Made by a program: the position numbers and the translations under genes. 64,000 bases of DNA, taken from assembly GCA_041483195.1 (NCBI GenBank), contig JBGPFC010000012.1, forward strand, positions 16,230 to 80,229, written 5' to 3'. This document shows positions 8,948 through 17,719 of this stretch, piece after piece. The stretch is from Candidatus Eiseniibacteriota bacterium. GTDB taxonomy: Bacteria; Eisenbacteria; RBG-16-71-46. The notes below the pieces were generated by a model, which was not told the origin of the DNA, made no database searches, and saw nothing but the letters and a program-made list of their open reading frames with translations. Position 1 is the first letter of the stretch. Every line of letters starts with the position of its first letter.

Positions 8948-9931
8948 ATGAGCTCCGGTCCCGCCGCCCTGTTCGCGCCCGCCGCGGCACCCGCGCGCGG
9001 CGCGCGCCGCTTCCGCCGGGCCGACGGCGCGTTTCATGGATTGCTCGCGACCCTCGCCGGCCTGGTGTTCGTGGTGGTGGCGCTGATCGTGATCGAGACC
9101 GCGCGCGGGGCGCAGCCATCGATGGCGGCGTTCGGCTGGCGGTTCCTCGTCTCGACCGCGTGGGACCCGGTGCGCGAGAAATTCGGCGCGCTGCCCTACC
9201 TCTACGGCACGCTGGTCTCCTCGGCGCTCGCGCTGCTGCTCGCGCTGCCGCTCGGAATCGGCACCGCGATCTTCCTCGCCGAGATCGCGCCGCGCGCGCT
9301 GGGCGGAGCGGTGTCGTTCGTGGTCGAGTTGCTGGCCTCGATCCCGAGCATCGTCTTCGGGATCTGGGGGCTGTTCGTGCTCGCGCCGTGGCTCCGCACC
9401 GCGATCGAGCCGTGGCTGCTCGCGCACCTCGGCTTCATGCCGCTGTTCACGGGCTTTCCGTTCGGCATCGGCATGCTGAATGCCGGCATCGTGCTGGCGG
9501 TGATGATCGCGCCCACCATCATCTCGCTCTCCCGCGAGATCCTGCTCGCGATGCCGCGCAGCCTGCGCGAGGCCGCGCTCGCGCTGGGTTCGACCCGCGC
9601 CGAGGCGATCGCGGTCACGCTCGACGCCGCGCGCCCCGGCATCCTGGGCGCCGTGATCCTCGCGCTCGGCCGCGCGCTCGGAGAGACCATGGCGGTGACC
9701 ATGGTGATCGGCAACACCAACCGCATCTCGGCGTCGCTGCTCGCGCCCGGCTCCACCATGGCGAGCGTGATCGCGAACGAGTTCACGGAGGCCACCAGCA
9801 GGCTGCACCTTTCGGCGCTGATCGAGATCGCGTTCGTGCTGTTCGGTCTCACCGTGATCGTGAACGCGATCGCGCGAATGCTCGTGTACTGGGCCACGGG
9901 CGCGCGAAGGGACGTGGCCGGTGCGACCTGA
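8948..9931 (+). CDS. pstC: Phosphate ABC transporter permease PstC
   Basis: Track ORF. Multi-TM permease with an EAA loop (REAALALGSTRAEAIAVTLDAARPGI) and conserved pst gene order. Confidence 0.85.
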   Translation: MSSGPAALFAPAAAPARGARRFRRADGAFHGLLATLAGLVFVVVALIVIETARGAQPSMAAFGWRFLVSTAWDPVREKFGALPYLYGTLVSSALALLLALPLGIGTAIFLAEIAPRALGGAVSFVVELLASIPSIVFGIWGLFVLAPWLRTAIEPWLLAHLGFMPLFTGFPFGIGMLNAGIVLAVMIAPTIISLSREILLAMPRSLREAALALGSTRAEAIAVTLDAARPGILGAVILALGRALGETMAVTMVIGNTNRISASLLAPGSTMASVIANEFTEATSRLHLSALIEIAFVLFGLTVIVNAIARMLVYWATGARRDVAGAT

Positions 9932-10832
9932 GATCCCGGCGCCGCCCGCCGCGGGACGCACGTCAGCCCCGGCTCCTGCCGCGCTCCCGGCCGGCCGTCC
10001 CGCGCTCCGCCGCCGCGCGTGGAACGCGGCGTGCGTCGCGGCCTGCGCGCTCTCGGCCGCGATCATCCTCGTGCCGCTCGCGCTGATCGTGTGGCATCTG
10101 CTCGCGAAGGGGCTGCCGGCGCTCAACCTGTCGTTCTTCATCCACATGCCGAAGCCGGTCGGCGAGCCGGGCGGCGGCATGGCGAACGCGATCGTCGGCA
10201 CGCTGATCCTGATCGGGATCGGCGCGGCGATCGCGGTGCCGGTGGGGGTGGGCAGCGGGCTCTACCTCGCCGAGTACGGACACGGCGCCTTCGGCGGAAT
10301 CGTGCGCTACACCACCGACCTGCTGAGCGGCGTGCCGTCGATCGTGGTGGGCGTCGCGGCCTACGCGCTGGTGGTGCTGCCGATGGGGCACTTCTCCGCG
10401 CTCGCGGGCGGCATCGCCCTCGGCATTCTCATGCTGCCCACCATCATCCGCTCGACCGAGGAGGTGGTGCGGCTGGTTCCGCAGTCGTACCGCCAGGCCG
10501 CGCTCGCGCTCGGCGCCCCGCGCTGGAAGGTGGCGCAGCAGGTGGTGCTGCCCGCCGCCGCCGCCGGGATCGCGACCGCCAGCATGCTCGCGCTCGCGCG
10601 CGCCGCCGGCGAGACCGCGCCGCTGCTGTTCACGGCGCTCGGCAACCGATTCTGGTCGGTCGCGATCGACCAGCCGATTGCGTCGCTGCCGGTCTTCATC
10701 TACGACTATGCGCGCGCGCCGTACGACGACTGGAACCGGCAGGCCTGGACGGCGGCGCTGGTGCTGCTCATGCTGGTGACCGTGATCTCGGCGCTGCTGC
10801 GCCTGACGACGCGGCGCATCCCGCGAGGCTGA
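9921..10832 (+). CDS. pstA: Phosphate ABC transporter permease PstA
   Basis: Track ORF. EAA loop [23 protein letters not shown]. It overlaps the pstC stop. Confidence 0.85.
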   Translation: MRPEIPAPPAAGRTSAPAPAALPAGRPALRRRAWNAACVAACALSAAIILVPLALIVWHLLAKGLPALNLSFFIHMPKPVGEPGGGMANAIVGTLILIGIGAAIAVPVGVGSGLYLAEYGHGAFGGIVRYTTDLLSGVPSIVVGVAAYALVVLPMGHFSALAGGIALGILMLPTIIRSTEEVVRLVPQSYRQAALALGAPRWKVAQQVVLPAAAAGIATASMLALARAAGETAPLLFTALGNRFWSVAIDQPIASLPVFIYDYARAPYDDWNRQAWTAALVLLMLVTVISALLRLTTRRIPRG

Positions 10833-10836
10833 TCGC

Positions 10837-11718
10837 ATGGAGGACATCGGGCAGATGAGCGTGCCGGCCTCTGGCCTCGAGCCGCAGGGCGAACCGCGCG
10901 AGCGCGCGCCCGCGCTCCGCACCGCGGCGCCGGCGCAACGCGCCGCGACCGGCACCCCCGGCGCGCGGGCGCGGCTCGAGACCCGAGACCTCGATCTCTT
11001 CTACGGCAGCCATCACGCGCTCAAGCAGGTCACGCTCGCGATCCCGGATCACAGCATCACCGCGATCATCGGCCCATCGGGCTGCGGCAAGAGCACGCTG
11101 CTGCGCGCCTTCAACCGCATGAACGACCTGATCGCGGGGGTGCGCACCTTGGGATCGGTGCGCGTCTCCGACCTCGACGTGCTCGCGCCATCGACCGACG
11201 TGGTCGAGCTGCGGCGCCGGGTGGGCATGGTGTTCCAGCGCCCCAATCCGTTTCCGAAATCGATCTTCGACAACGTCGCGTTCGGGCTCCGCCTGCTCGG
11301 GCCCCGCGGCCGCCTGGAGCTCGAGGCGCGGGTCGAGGCGAGCCTCAAGAGCGCGGCGCTGTGGGACGAGGTGAAGGACCGGCTCTCGCGTTCCGCGCTC
11401 CAGCTTTCCGGCGGCCAGCAGCAGCGGCTCTGCATCGCGCGCTGCCTCGCGGTCGAGCCCGAGGTCATCCTCATGGACGAGCCGGCCTCGGCGCTCGACC
11501 CCACCGCGACCGCGCGCATCGAGGAGCTGGCGCTCGAGCTCAAGCGGCGTTACACCATCGTGGTCGTCACGCACAACATGCAGCAGGCCGCGCGCATCTC
11601 GGATCAGACCGCGTTCATGCTGAACGGCGAGCTGATCGAGCACGGCGAGACCCGCCGACTGTTCACCAGCCCGGCCAGGAAGGTCACAGAGGACTACATC
11701 ACCGGCCGCTTCGGCTGA
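10837..11718 (+). CDS. pstB: Phosphate ABC transporter ATP-binding protein PstB
   Basis: Walker [10 protein letters not shown], signature [16 protein letters not shown] and Walker [12 protein letters not shown]. The N-terminal ~40 aa extension may mean the true start is internal. Confidence 0.85.
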   Translation: MEDIGQMSVPASGLEPQGEPRERAPALRTAAPAQRAATGTPGARARLETRDLDLFYGSHHALKQVTLAIPDHSITAIIGPSGCGKSTLLRAFNRMNDLIAGVRTLGSVRVSDLDVLAPSTDVVELRRRVGMVFQRPNPFPKSIFDNVAFGLRLLGPRGRLELEARVEASLKSAALWDEVKDRLSRSALQLSGGQQQRLCIARCLAVEPEVILMDEPASALDPTATARIEELALELKRRYTIVVVTHNMQQAARISDQTAFMLNGELIEHGETRRLFTSPARKVTEDYITGRFG

Positions 11719-11747
11719 TCGCGCGCTGGCGGAAAGGAATCACCGAC

Positions 11748-12437
11748 GTGGAACGTCACTTCGAGCGCGAGCTCGAGCTGCTCAAGGAGCAGCTGCTGCT
11801 GATGGGCGGCCGCGCCGAGAACATCGTGCGCAAATCGATCGAGGCGCTGCGCCGCCGCGACGCCGCGATGGCGGAGGCGGTGCTCGCCGACGACAAGGCG
11901 ATCGACCGGCTCGAGATCGACATCGAGGAGCGCTGCGTGCGGCTGCTCGCCCTGCAGCAGCCGCTCGCCACCGACCTGCGGTTCATCACCGCCGCGCTCA
12001 AGATCTCGAACGATCTCGAGCGCGTCGGCGATCACGCGGTCAACATCGCGGGCGGCGTGCTGCGGCTCACCGGCCAGCCGCTGCTGAAGCCGCTGGTGGA
12101 CATTCCGCGCATGGCCGAGCTCTCCTCCGCCATGCTGCACGAGGCGCTCGACGACTTCGTGCGGCGCGACGCCGAAGGCGCGCGCAAGCTGGTGCGCCGC
12201 GACGACGAGGTGGACCAGCTCAACGACCAGGTGTTCCGCGAGCTGCTGAGCTACATGATCGAGGACCCATCGACCATCACGCGCGCGATGGAGCTGGTGC
12301 TGGTCGCGCGCAACCTCGAGCGGGTCGCCGACCTCGCGACCAACGTGGCCGAGGAGGTCGTGTTCATCGCCGAGGCGCGCATCATCAAGCACCACGCCGA
12401 GGAATCGGCCGCGGGGGACGACTTCGGGCGATCGTAG
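11748..12437 (+). CDS. phoU: Phosphate-specific transport system accessory protein PhoU
   Basis: GTG start in frame within track ORF 11361..12437, with a GGAAAGGA RBS. There are two PhoU repeats (DDKAIDRLEIDIEERC... and DDEVDQLNDQVFREL...) and the signature AxxLERIGDHA is present as DLERVGDHAVNIA. Confidence 0.8.
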   Translation: MERHFERELELLKEQLLLMGGRAENIVRKSIEALRRRDAAMAEAVLADDKAIDRLEIDIEERCVRLLALQQPLATDLRFITAALKISNDLERVGDHAVNIAGGVLRLTGQPLLKPLVDIPRMAELSSAMLHEALDDFVRRDAEGARKLVRRDDEVDQLNDQVFRELLSYMIEDPSTITRAMELVLVARNLERVADLATNVAEEVVFIAEARIIKHHAEESAAGDDFGRS

Positions 12438-12475
12438 TAGGATCGCGGGCGGTCCAGGCCGTCCGCGGAGAAACC

Positions 12476-13639
12476 CTGCACGTCCGTTTCCTTCGCCCGA
12501 CGCTGATCGCCGCGCCGGCGCTGGCGCTGCTCGTCCCCGCGCTGCTCGCGACGCCCGCGCATCCGCTCCCGCTGTTCTCCCGCGATCGCGACCAGGCCTG
12601 CGAAGCTTGCCACGAGGTCGTGCCGCGGTTGAACCGCGACGGAGCCGAGTTCCGGCGGAACGGGTATCGCGCGCCGGGCGAAGCCGGCGTGGCGCCGCGC
12701 GTGCTGCCGTTCTCGTTGATCGCGACTTTCGGCGCCACGGCGTGGCGCGCCGATACCGCCGCCGCGCCCGGCGGACGCGCGCGCTCGAGCGAGACCGCGT
12801 TCGAGCAGCAGGCGCTCGAGCTGCACAGCGCGGGCACGCTCGCCCGCAACGTGTCGTATCACGCGTCGGTGGCCGCCGACGGCGACCGCGGAACCATTCG
12901 CGCCGGCGAGACGTTCGTCCAGCTCGACGACCTCGCACGCGGCGGTGCGCTCAACCTCCGCGCGGGCGTCTTCGATGTCGAGCTGCCGTTCCTCTCGAAC
13001 GCGCGCCGCACCACGGTTCGGCGCTACCTCGCGCCCGTCACCCTCGATGCCCACGGGCTCGAGCTGAACGACGCGAGGCCCGGCTGGACATACGGCACCG
13101 GCCTCATCAACAGCCAGCGCGCGGCCACCAGCCTTTCGCCGGGCGGCAGGGCGCTGAACCGGCTCGAGGACAAGTACCTGTGGGTGGTGCGCGACGCCGG
13201 CGAAGCGCAGCTCGCCGCGCGCATGCTCTTCGGCCGGCAGGACTCGAACCTGCCGAGCCTGCCGTGGATGCAGCACCTGCAGGCGACGGCGGGCGCGTCG
13301 CTCGCGCTGCAACGCATGCTGCTCACGACGGCCTACGTGCTCGATCGCTTCGACGACCGGCCCGCCGCCGGCATTCACCAGCGGCATCAGTACACGCTGC
13401 TCGAGGCGCTGGTGCCGCTGGAGAGCGCGCAACGCTGGGCGCTCACCGCGCGGATCGAGCACGATTGCACGACGAAGACGGTGCTCACGCGGGAGGAGGA
13501 TCGCAACCTCGAGGTGGTGAACGTGGGCTGCTTCACCAGTCCGAACACACGGATCGAGGTCGAGGTCGCGCACGGCGGCGACAACGTCGGAGGCCCGCGG
13601 GTGGACGAGGTGAGCGCGGGCGTCCAGATCAGCTATTGA
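12476..13639 (+). CDS. Secreted hypothetical protein, possibly an outer-membrane beta-barrel, with a single CxxCH motif just after the signal peptide
   Basis: Track ORF 12620..13639 extends upstream in frame through a signal-peptide-like stretch (LIAAPALALLVPALLATPAHP) and ACEACHEV. No canonical start sits upstream of the signal peptide, so the start is uncertain (CTG at 12476, or GTG at 12620 after the signal). The C-terminus is ...GVQISY. Confidence 0.35.
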   Translation: MHVRFLRPTLIAAPALALLVPALLATPAHPLPLFSRDRDQACEACHEVVPRLNRDGAEFRRNGYRAPGEAGVAPRVLPFSLIATFGATAWRADTAAAPGGRARSSETAFEQQALELHSAGTLARNVSYHASVAADGDRGTIRAGETFVQLDDLARGGALNLRAGVFDVELPFLSNARRTTVRRYLAPVTLDAHGLELNDARPGWTYGTGLINSQRAATSLSPGGRALNRLEDKYLWVVRDAGEAQLAARMLFGRQDSNLPSLPWMQHLQATAGASLALQRMLLTTAYVLDRFDDRPAAGIHQRHQYTLLEALVPLESAQRWALTARIEHDCTTKTVLTREEDRNLEVVNVGCFTSPNTRIEVEVAHGGDNVGGPRVDEVSAGVQISY

Positions 13640-13717
13640 GTGCGCCGCGGGGCCGCGGCTGCGCGCGGAGGTCCACGCGGCTTCATTTCGCGCCGCCCCG
13701 GACCGATAACCGCGAGC

Positions 13718-14188
13718 ATGAGGCTTCGCGTCTTTCCATGGGCCGCGCTCCTGCTGCTGTCGGGGTCCGCCGACCGCGCATGCGCCGCGCCGGCCTTCGA
13801 GCGACCGCCGGCCCAGGTGCGGGTTCAGCTCATCGACCTGCTGAACCTCGCGCGCCCGATCGTGGGGCGAGCCAGCGCCCGATCCGACTGGAGCCGGAGC
13901 GTGCCGCTGGAGCGCGACCGCGATTGGACCGTGGTGCGGTTCGAAGTGCGCGAATCGGGCACCGGACTGTTTCTCGAAGTCGATGGCCAGGCGCAGTTCG
14001 AGGGCGCCGAGATCTGGTTCGCCGACGGCGAGGTGCGCACCATCGACCTGCGTTCCAGCATCCGCGGCGACGGGCTGTTCGAGCTGGCGGATTTCGGAGC
14101 CGCGCGCGAGGTGTCGCGCGTCCGCCTCGAGGTGCGCGCGCGCAGCGCGAGGGCCCGGGTGGGACTGCGGCTCGGCCGGCAGCCATGA
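13718..14188 (+). CDS. Small secreted hypothetical protein
   Basis: ATG at 13718 within track ORF 13640..14188. Signal peptide MRLRVFPWAALLLLSGSADRACAAP. Confidence 0.4.
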   Translation: MRLRVFPWAALLLLSGSADRACAAPAFERPPAQVRVQLIDLLNLARPIVGRASARSDWSRSVPLERDRDWTVVRFEVRESGTGLFLEVDGQAQFEGAEIWFADGEVRTIDLRSSIRGDGLFELADFGAAREVSRVRLEVRARSARARVGLRLGRQP

Positions 14189-14228
14189 ATTTCCGCGGGA
14201 CCATCCGCGGCCGCGGCGGATCGCCCGG

Positions 14229-14846
14229 TCAGTCGTCCGTGCTGTAGATCTTGAATCTGCCCTTGCGCTCGGCGACCGAGCGCAGCCATCGCTGCCGCTC
14301 GACCTCGCCGAGATCGTTGCGCGTGACCAGCACCAGACGGTTGTGGAGTCTGAAATTCCGGTAGCGCGCGATCGTGTCGCCCTCGAAACGCACGAACTCG
14401 CAGTAGTGTCCGCCGTTGTCCCGCAGTGCGTGCATGCAACCCGCGTGGAGCCGGGCCCAGAGAATCTTCCAGGCGTCCACCCACGTGAGCCCGACGGCGG
14501 GACGGCTCTGGGGAAACTCGCGCCACAGGATGTCGCGGAACTCGCCATCTGTGATGCACAACCCCAGCAGCGAGTCGCGCTCCCCGTGGTGCAGCGCGCG
14601 ACACACCGAGCGCCCCAGATCATCGAGGCTGCGCGCGCCGCCCTTGAACGGCCCGCCAACCCGCGGCGCGTTGAGTCTGCGGCCGGTGCGCTCCGACGAC
14701 GACTCCGGATCGGCCGGCGGGTAGTAGCCCGGAGAATCCTTCACGGAGGCGACGTGTCGTCGCGCGGCGGTATCGGGGGGCGCGGCCTCCCGGGCGGCGA
14801 CCATGGAGGCCGCGAGCAAGCCGGCCAGCGCCCCCAGCAACAGCAT
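14229..14846 (-). CDS. Secreted hypothetical protein, last gene of the TonB-dependent receptor operon
   Basis: The C-terminal 205 aa of track ORF 14229..15851, starting at MLLLGALAGLLAASMVAA (signal peptide). It lies 54 bp downstream of the receptor stop. Confidence 0.45.
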   Translation of the reverse strand: MLLLGALAGLLAASMVAAREAAPPDTAARRHVASVKDSPGYYPPADPESSSERTGRRLNAPRVGGPFKGGARSLDDLGRSVCRALHHGERDSLLGLCITDGEFRDILWREFPQSRPAVGLTWVDAWKILWARLHAGCMHALRDNGGHYCEFVRFEGDTIARYRNFRLHNRLVLVTRNDLGEVERQRWLRSVAERKGRFKIYSTDD

Positions 14847-14899
14847 GGCCGCCGGGGCGCGAATGCCGCGCGGCCTCGCGCGCCGCGCCGTTCGCGCGC

Positions 14900-17719
14900 T
14901 CACGAGCCGTAGGAGAGGGCGACCGAGAAGCTGCGCCCGGTGCGGTACCCCAACACCTCCTTGCCGCGCTGAAGCTCCTGGATCTTCGGATCGAGCAGAT
15001 TCTTGGCCGACAGCTTCACGCGGGATCTCCTGAGCAGGGTGAAGTTCATCGTCGCGTCGAGGCTGGTGCTGGGTTGTTCGTAGATGTCCGGGAGCACATA
15101 GGGTCCGAGCGCGCGCAGGCGCCGGCCGACCGCGCCCAGTAGAATCGCCATGTCCGTGCGCCCGCCGGCGGCCGCATAGCTCAGGGCGGCGTTCACGAGG
15201 TAATCGGCCTGGCCCTGCAAGGGGTGCCGCTGCGAGCCGGTCGACGTGATCAGGGGATTGAGCCGCACCTCGGATGAGATGAACGACGCGTTGGTATTGA
15301 GCGAGAAGCGCTTCAGCCCGCGCCACAACCGGCCCAGCCCGGCACGCGCCTCGAGCTCGACGCCCGCGTTGTGACCGAGCCCGGAGTTCTCTGGCGTCAG
15401 GTCGAGCGGAGTATCGGCCGTGATGACCTGCTCGATCGGCTGGTGGAGCCGCTTGTAGAAGAAGCCGGCGGCCAGCACCTCGGAGAGCGCGGGAAACGCC
15501 TCGAACCTCACGTCGTAGTTGTCGATGAGCGCCCGCTTGAGAAGCGGATTGCCCTGGATCCGCATCCCGCCCACGTATTCGAGGAACGGCCTCGGGGAAA
15601 GTTCGTTGAGGTCGGGCCGCGAGAGCGTCCGGCTCGCGGCGAGCCGGAGGTTGAGCGCCTTCGCGATCTCGAACGTGAGGTTTCCGGAGGGCAGCCAGTC
15701 CGCGTTGTCGAGCTCTCCCTTCGATGTGACGCGGGCCGGGGTCCTCGTTTCGAAGCTGAAGCTCCTCACGTCCTGGAAACCGCGTTCCTTGCGAATGCCG
15801 AGGTTGCCGCGCGCGCGCCTCCCGAACGGAAGATCGACGCTCACGAACCACGCGGTCACGCGCTGACTCGCCCGGTAGTTGTCGTCGGGGAGCGTGGATT
15901 CCGCCACCGTGGTGTGATCGAAGATCTGTTCAGGGGGCGCGGACGAGCCATAGCTGTCGTCGGGAATGGCGAAGTCGAATCGGCGGTAGGAGTCGCGGCG
16001 CTCCTTGGACTGGCGGTCGACGCCGAGCACCACTTTGCCGCTCCCGAGCGGGCCCAGCCGGTAGGGCGCCGCGCCGCTGGCCGTCGTGCCCCATCCGTTC
16101 TCGAGCAGGTCGCCGAACTCGCGCCTGCCCAGGGAACCGATCGCCCAGTGGCCGCCGATCCCATTCCCGCTGGCATCGACGTCGTCGTACCGGTAATCGT
16201 AGGTCGTCTCGCGGCGATCGGGCTGCCGGCGCCGCGCCCTCGAACGGGTGAACCTCCAGTCGAGGCTGGCTCCGAGGAGGTGGGAAAACTCGTTCTTTCC
16301 CTCGACCGTCCCCGAGAGAATGTTCCGCTGCACGTACATGAGCCGCGTGTTGCGGTGGATGAGGGGCCCGCCGGTCAGCGGCTCGACCAGATTGAAGTCC
16401 GGGCCCTGATAGATGCGCACCTCGTCATCGGCGCTGTTGGTGTAGAGGCCGCGAAGATGCAGCGAGTGGCGCGGAGAGAGGCGATAGCTCAGGCCGGAGA
16501 CGCCGCCGAGTTGGACCGACTCCTTGAAGCGGCTGACGGCGTAGTCGTAGATCGGGTGGTCGAACGTGCCTTGAAACAGCTGCTGGCGTTCGTCCTGGTG
16601 GTCGAAGGAGCGGGACAGGCTCCACGACTCGATCAGCCCGAGCGGCCTGCCGAACAGCTTGAACTCGTCCCCGAAGGAGGCCGAGTACCCGGCGTTCGGA
16701 ATCGTTCGAGACGAGGTGGGCGACCAGACGTTCGAGAACGACTTTCCGATGGAGGCCGGCGTCTTCCTCGGGTCGAGCTTGCGATCGGGGGCGAGCATGG
16801 TGATCGGGTCCGGGATCTTCCGGGCGTCCGCGCCGAATCCGAAGAGGTCCGCCCGCGTCGATGCGTAGGTCTGCCGACCACGAAACGTCGTGCCGTCCGC
16901 ATCGCCCTGGGCGATGGAGAACGACCACATGCGAGCGCCCGGAAAATCCTTGGTCCTCACCTGAACGTCTCCGCCGCCGAATTCTCCAGGCCGGTCCGCC
17001 GTGTATGTCTTCTGGACCACGATGTTCTCGAGCAGATTGGCGGGCAGGAGGTCCAACGCAACGACGCGCTTGTTCTGCTCGGGGCTCGCGACGCGAACGC
17101 CGTCCACCTCGGTCGAGCTGTACCGTTCCCCGAGGCCCCGGACGAACACGTACTTTCCGTCCGAGACCGAGAGCCCGGTGACGCGCCGCAGCACCTCCGC
17201 GGCATCCTTGTCCGGCGACCTGCGCATCTGCTCGGAGCTGACGGCGTCGGTCAGCGATGCGGACTTCCTTCGAGCGGCCAGCATCGAGGTCTCGGTGTTC
17301 TGTCTCGCCCTGGCCTCGACCACGATCTCCTTCTGCTGGATCGCCTCCGGCGTCAGGGCGGCGCCGAATGGCAGCAACGCGCCCGCCTCGAGGACGATGC
17401 CCTCGATGCGCTTGCTCGCGTAGGAGAGCGCGCGCATCTGCAGCGCATAGCGACCGGGTGCGGCCTCGAGCAGGAACGTGCCGTCGGCGTTCGTCATTCC
17501 GCCCACGCGCTTCATGGTCGTGTCTGCGGGAATCAGCAGGACGTCTGCGAATCCGAGCGGCTCACCCGAGTCCGTCGCGACGACCCGGCCCTGGAGCTTG
17601 CCGGTCGTGGCCGCGGAGGCCGGCGGTAATCCGGCGAACACGAGCGCCAGCGTCAAGCCGGCCGCCCACGCACGCTGGCGAGGGCGAGCCGGCTCGTGCC
17701 CGGGAGCGATTCCGATCAA
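14900..17719 (-). CDS. TonB-dependent receptor with an N-terminal carboxypeptidase-regulatory-like (CarbopepD_reg) domain
   Basis: 939-aa track ORF with a signal peptide, GRVVATDSGEPLGFADVLLIP...TNADGTFLLEAAPGRYALQM (CarbopepD-like), a plug region and a long beta-barrel ending in SFSVALSYGS. A TTG start is predicted. Confidence 0.7.
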   Translation of the reverse strand: MIGIAPGHEPARPRQRAWAAGLTLALVFAGLPPASAATTGKLQGRVVATDSGEPLGFADVLLIPADTTMKRVGGMTNADGTFLLEAAPGRYALQMRALSYASKRIEGIVLEAGALLPFGAALTPEAIQQKEIVVEARARQNTETSMLAARRKSASLTDAVSSEQMRRSPDKDAAEVLRRVTGLSVSDGKYVFVRGLGERYSSTEVDGVRVASPEQNKRVVALDLLPANLLENIVVQKTYTADRPGEFGGGDVQVRTKDFPGARMWSFSIAQGDADGTTFRGRQTYASTRADLFGFGADARKIPDPITMLAPDRKLDPRKTPASIGKSFSNVWSPTSSRTIPNAGYSASFGDEFKLFGRPLGLIESWSLSRSFDHQDERQQLFQGTFDHPIYDYAVSRFKESVQLGGVSGLSYRLSPRHSLHLRGLYTNSADDEVRIYQGPDFNLVEPLTGGPLIHRNTRLMYVQRNILSGTVEGKNEFSHLLGASLDWRFTRSRARRRQPDRRETTYDYRYDDVDASGNGIGGHWAIGSLGRREFGDLLENGWGTTASGAAPYRLGPLGSGKVVLGVDRQSKERRDSYRRFDFAIPDDSYGSSAPPEQIFDHTTVAESTLPDDNYRASQRVTAWFVSVDLPFGRRARGNLGIRKERGFQDVRSFSFETRTPARVTSKGELDNADWLPSGNLTFEIAKALNLRLAASRTLSRPDLNELSPRPFLEYVGGMRIQGNPLLKRALIDNYDVRFEAFPALSEVLAAGFFYKRLHQPIEQVITADTPLDLTPENSGLGHNAGVELEARAGLGRLWRGLKRFSLNTNASFISSEVRLNPLITSTGSQRHPLQGQADYLVNAALSYAAAGGRTDMAILLGAVGRRLRALGPYVLPDIYEQPSTSLDATMNFTLLRRSRVKLSAKNLLDPKIQELQRGKEVLGYRTGRSFSVALSYGS

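Noticed and set aside
12251-14659. 802-aa minus-strand ORF (and 12607..14247 plus-strand, 546 aa) spanning phoU, the CxxCH protein and the small secreted gene
   Set aside because: Arg/Ala/Gly-rich low-complexity translation, antisense to or out of frame with motif-bearing genes. This is a typical high-GC stop-codon-poor artefact.
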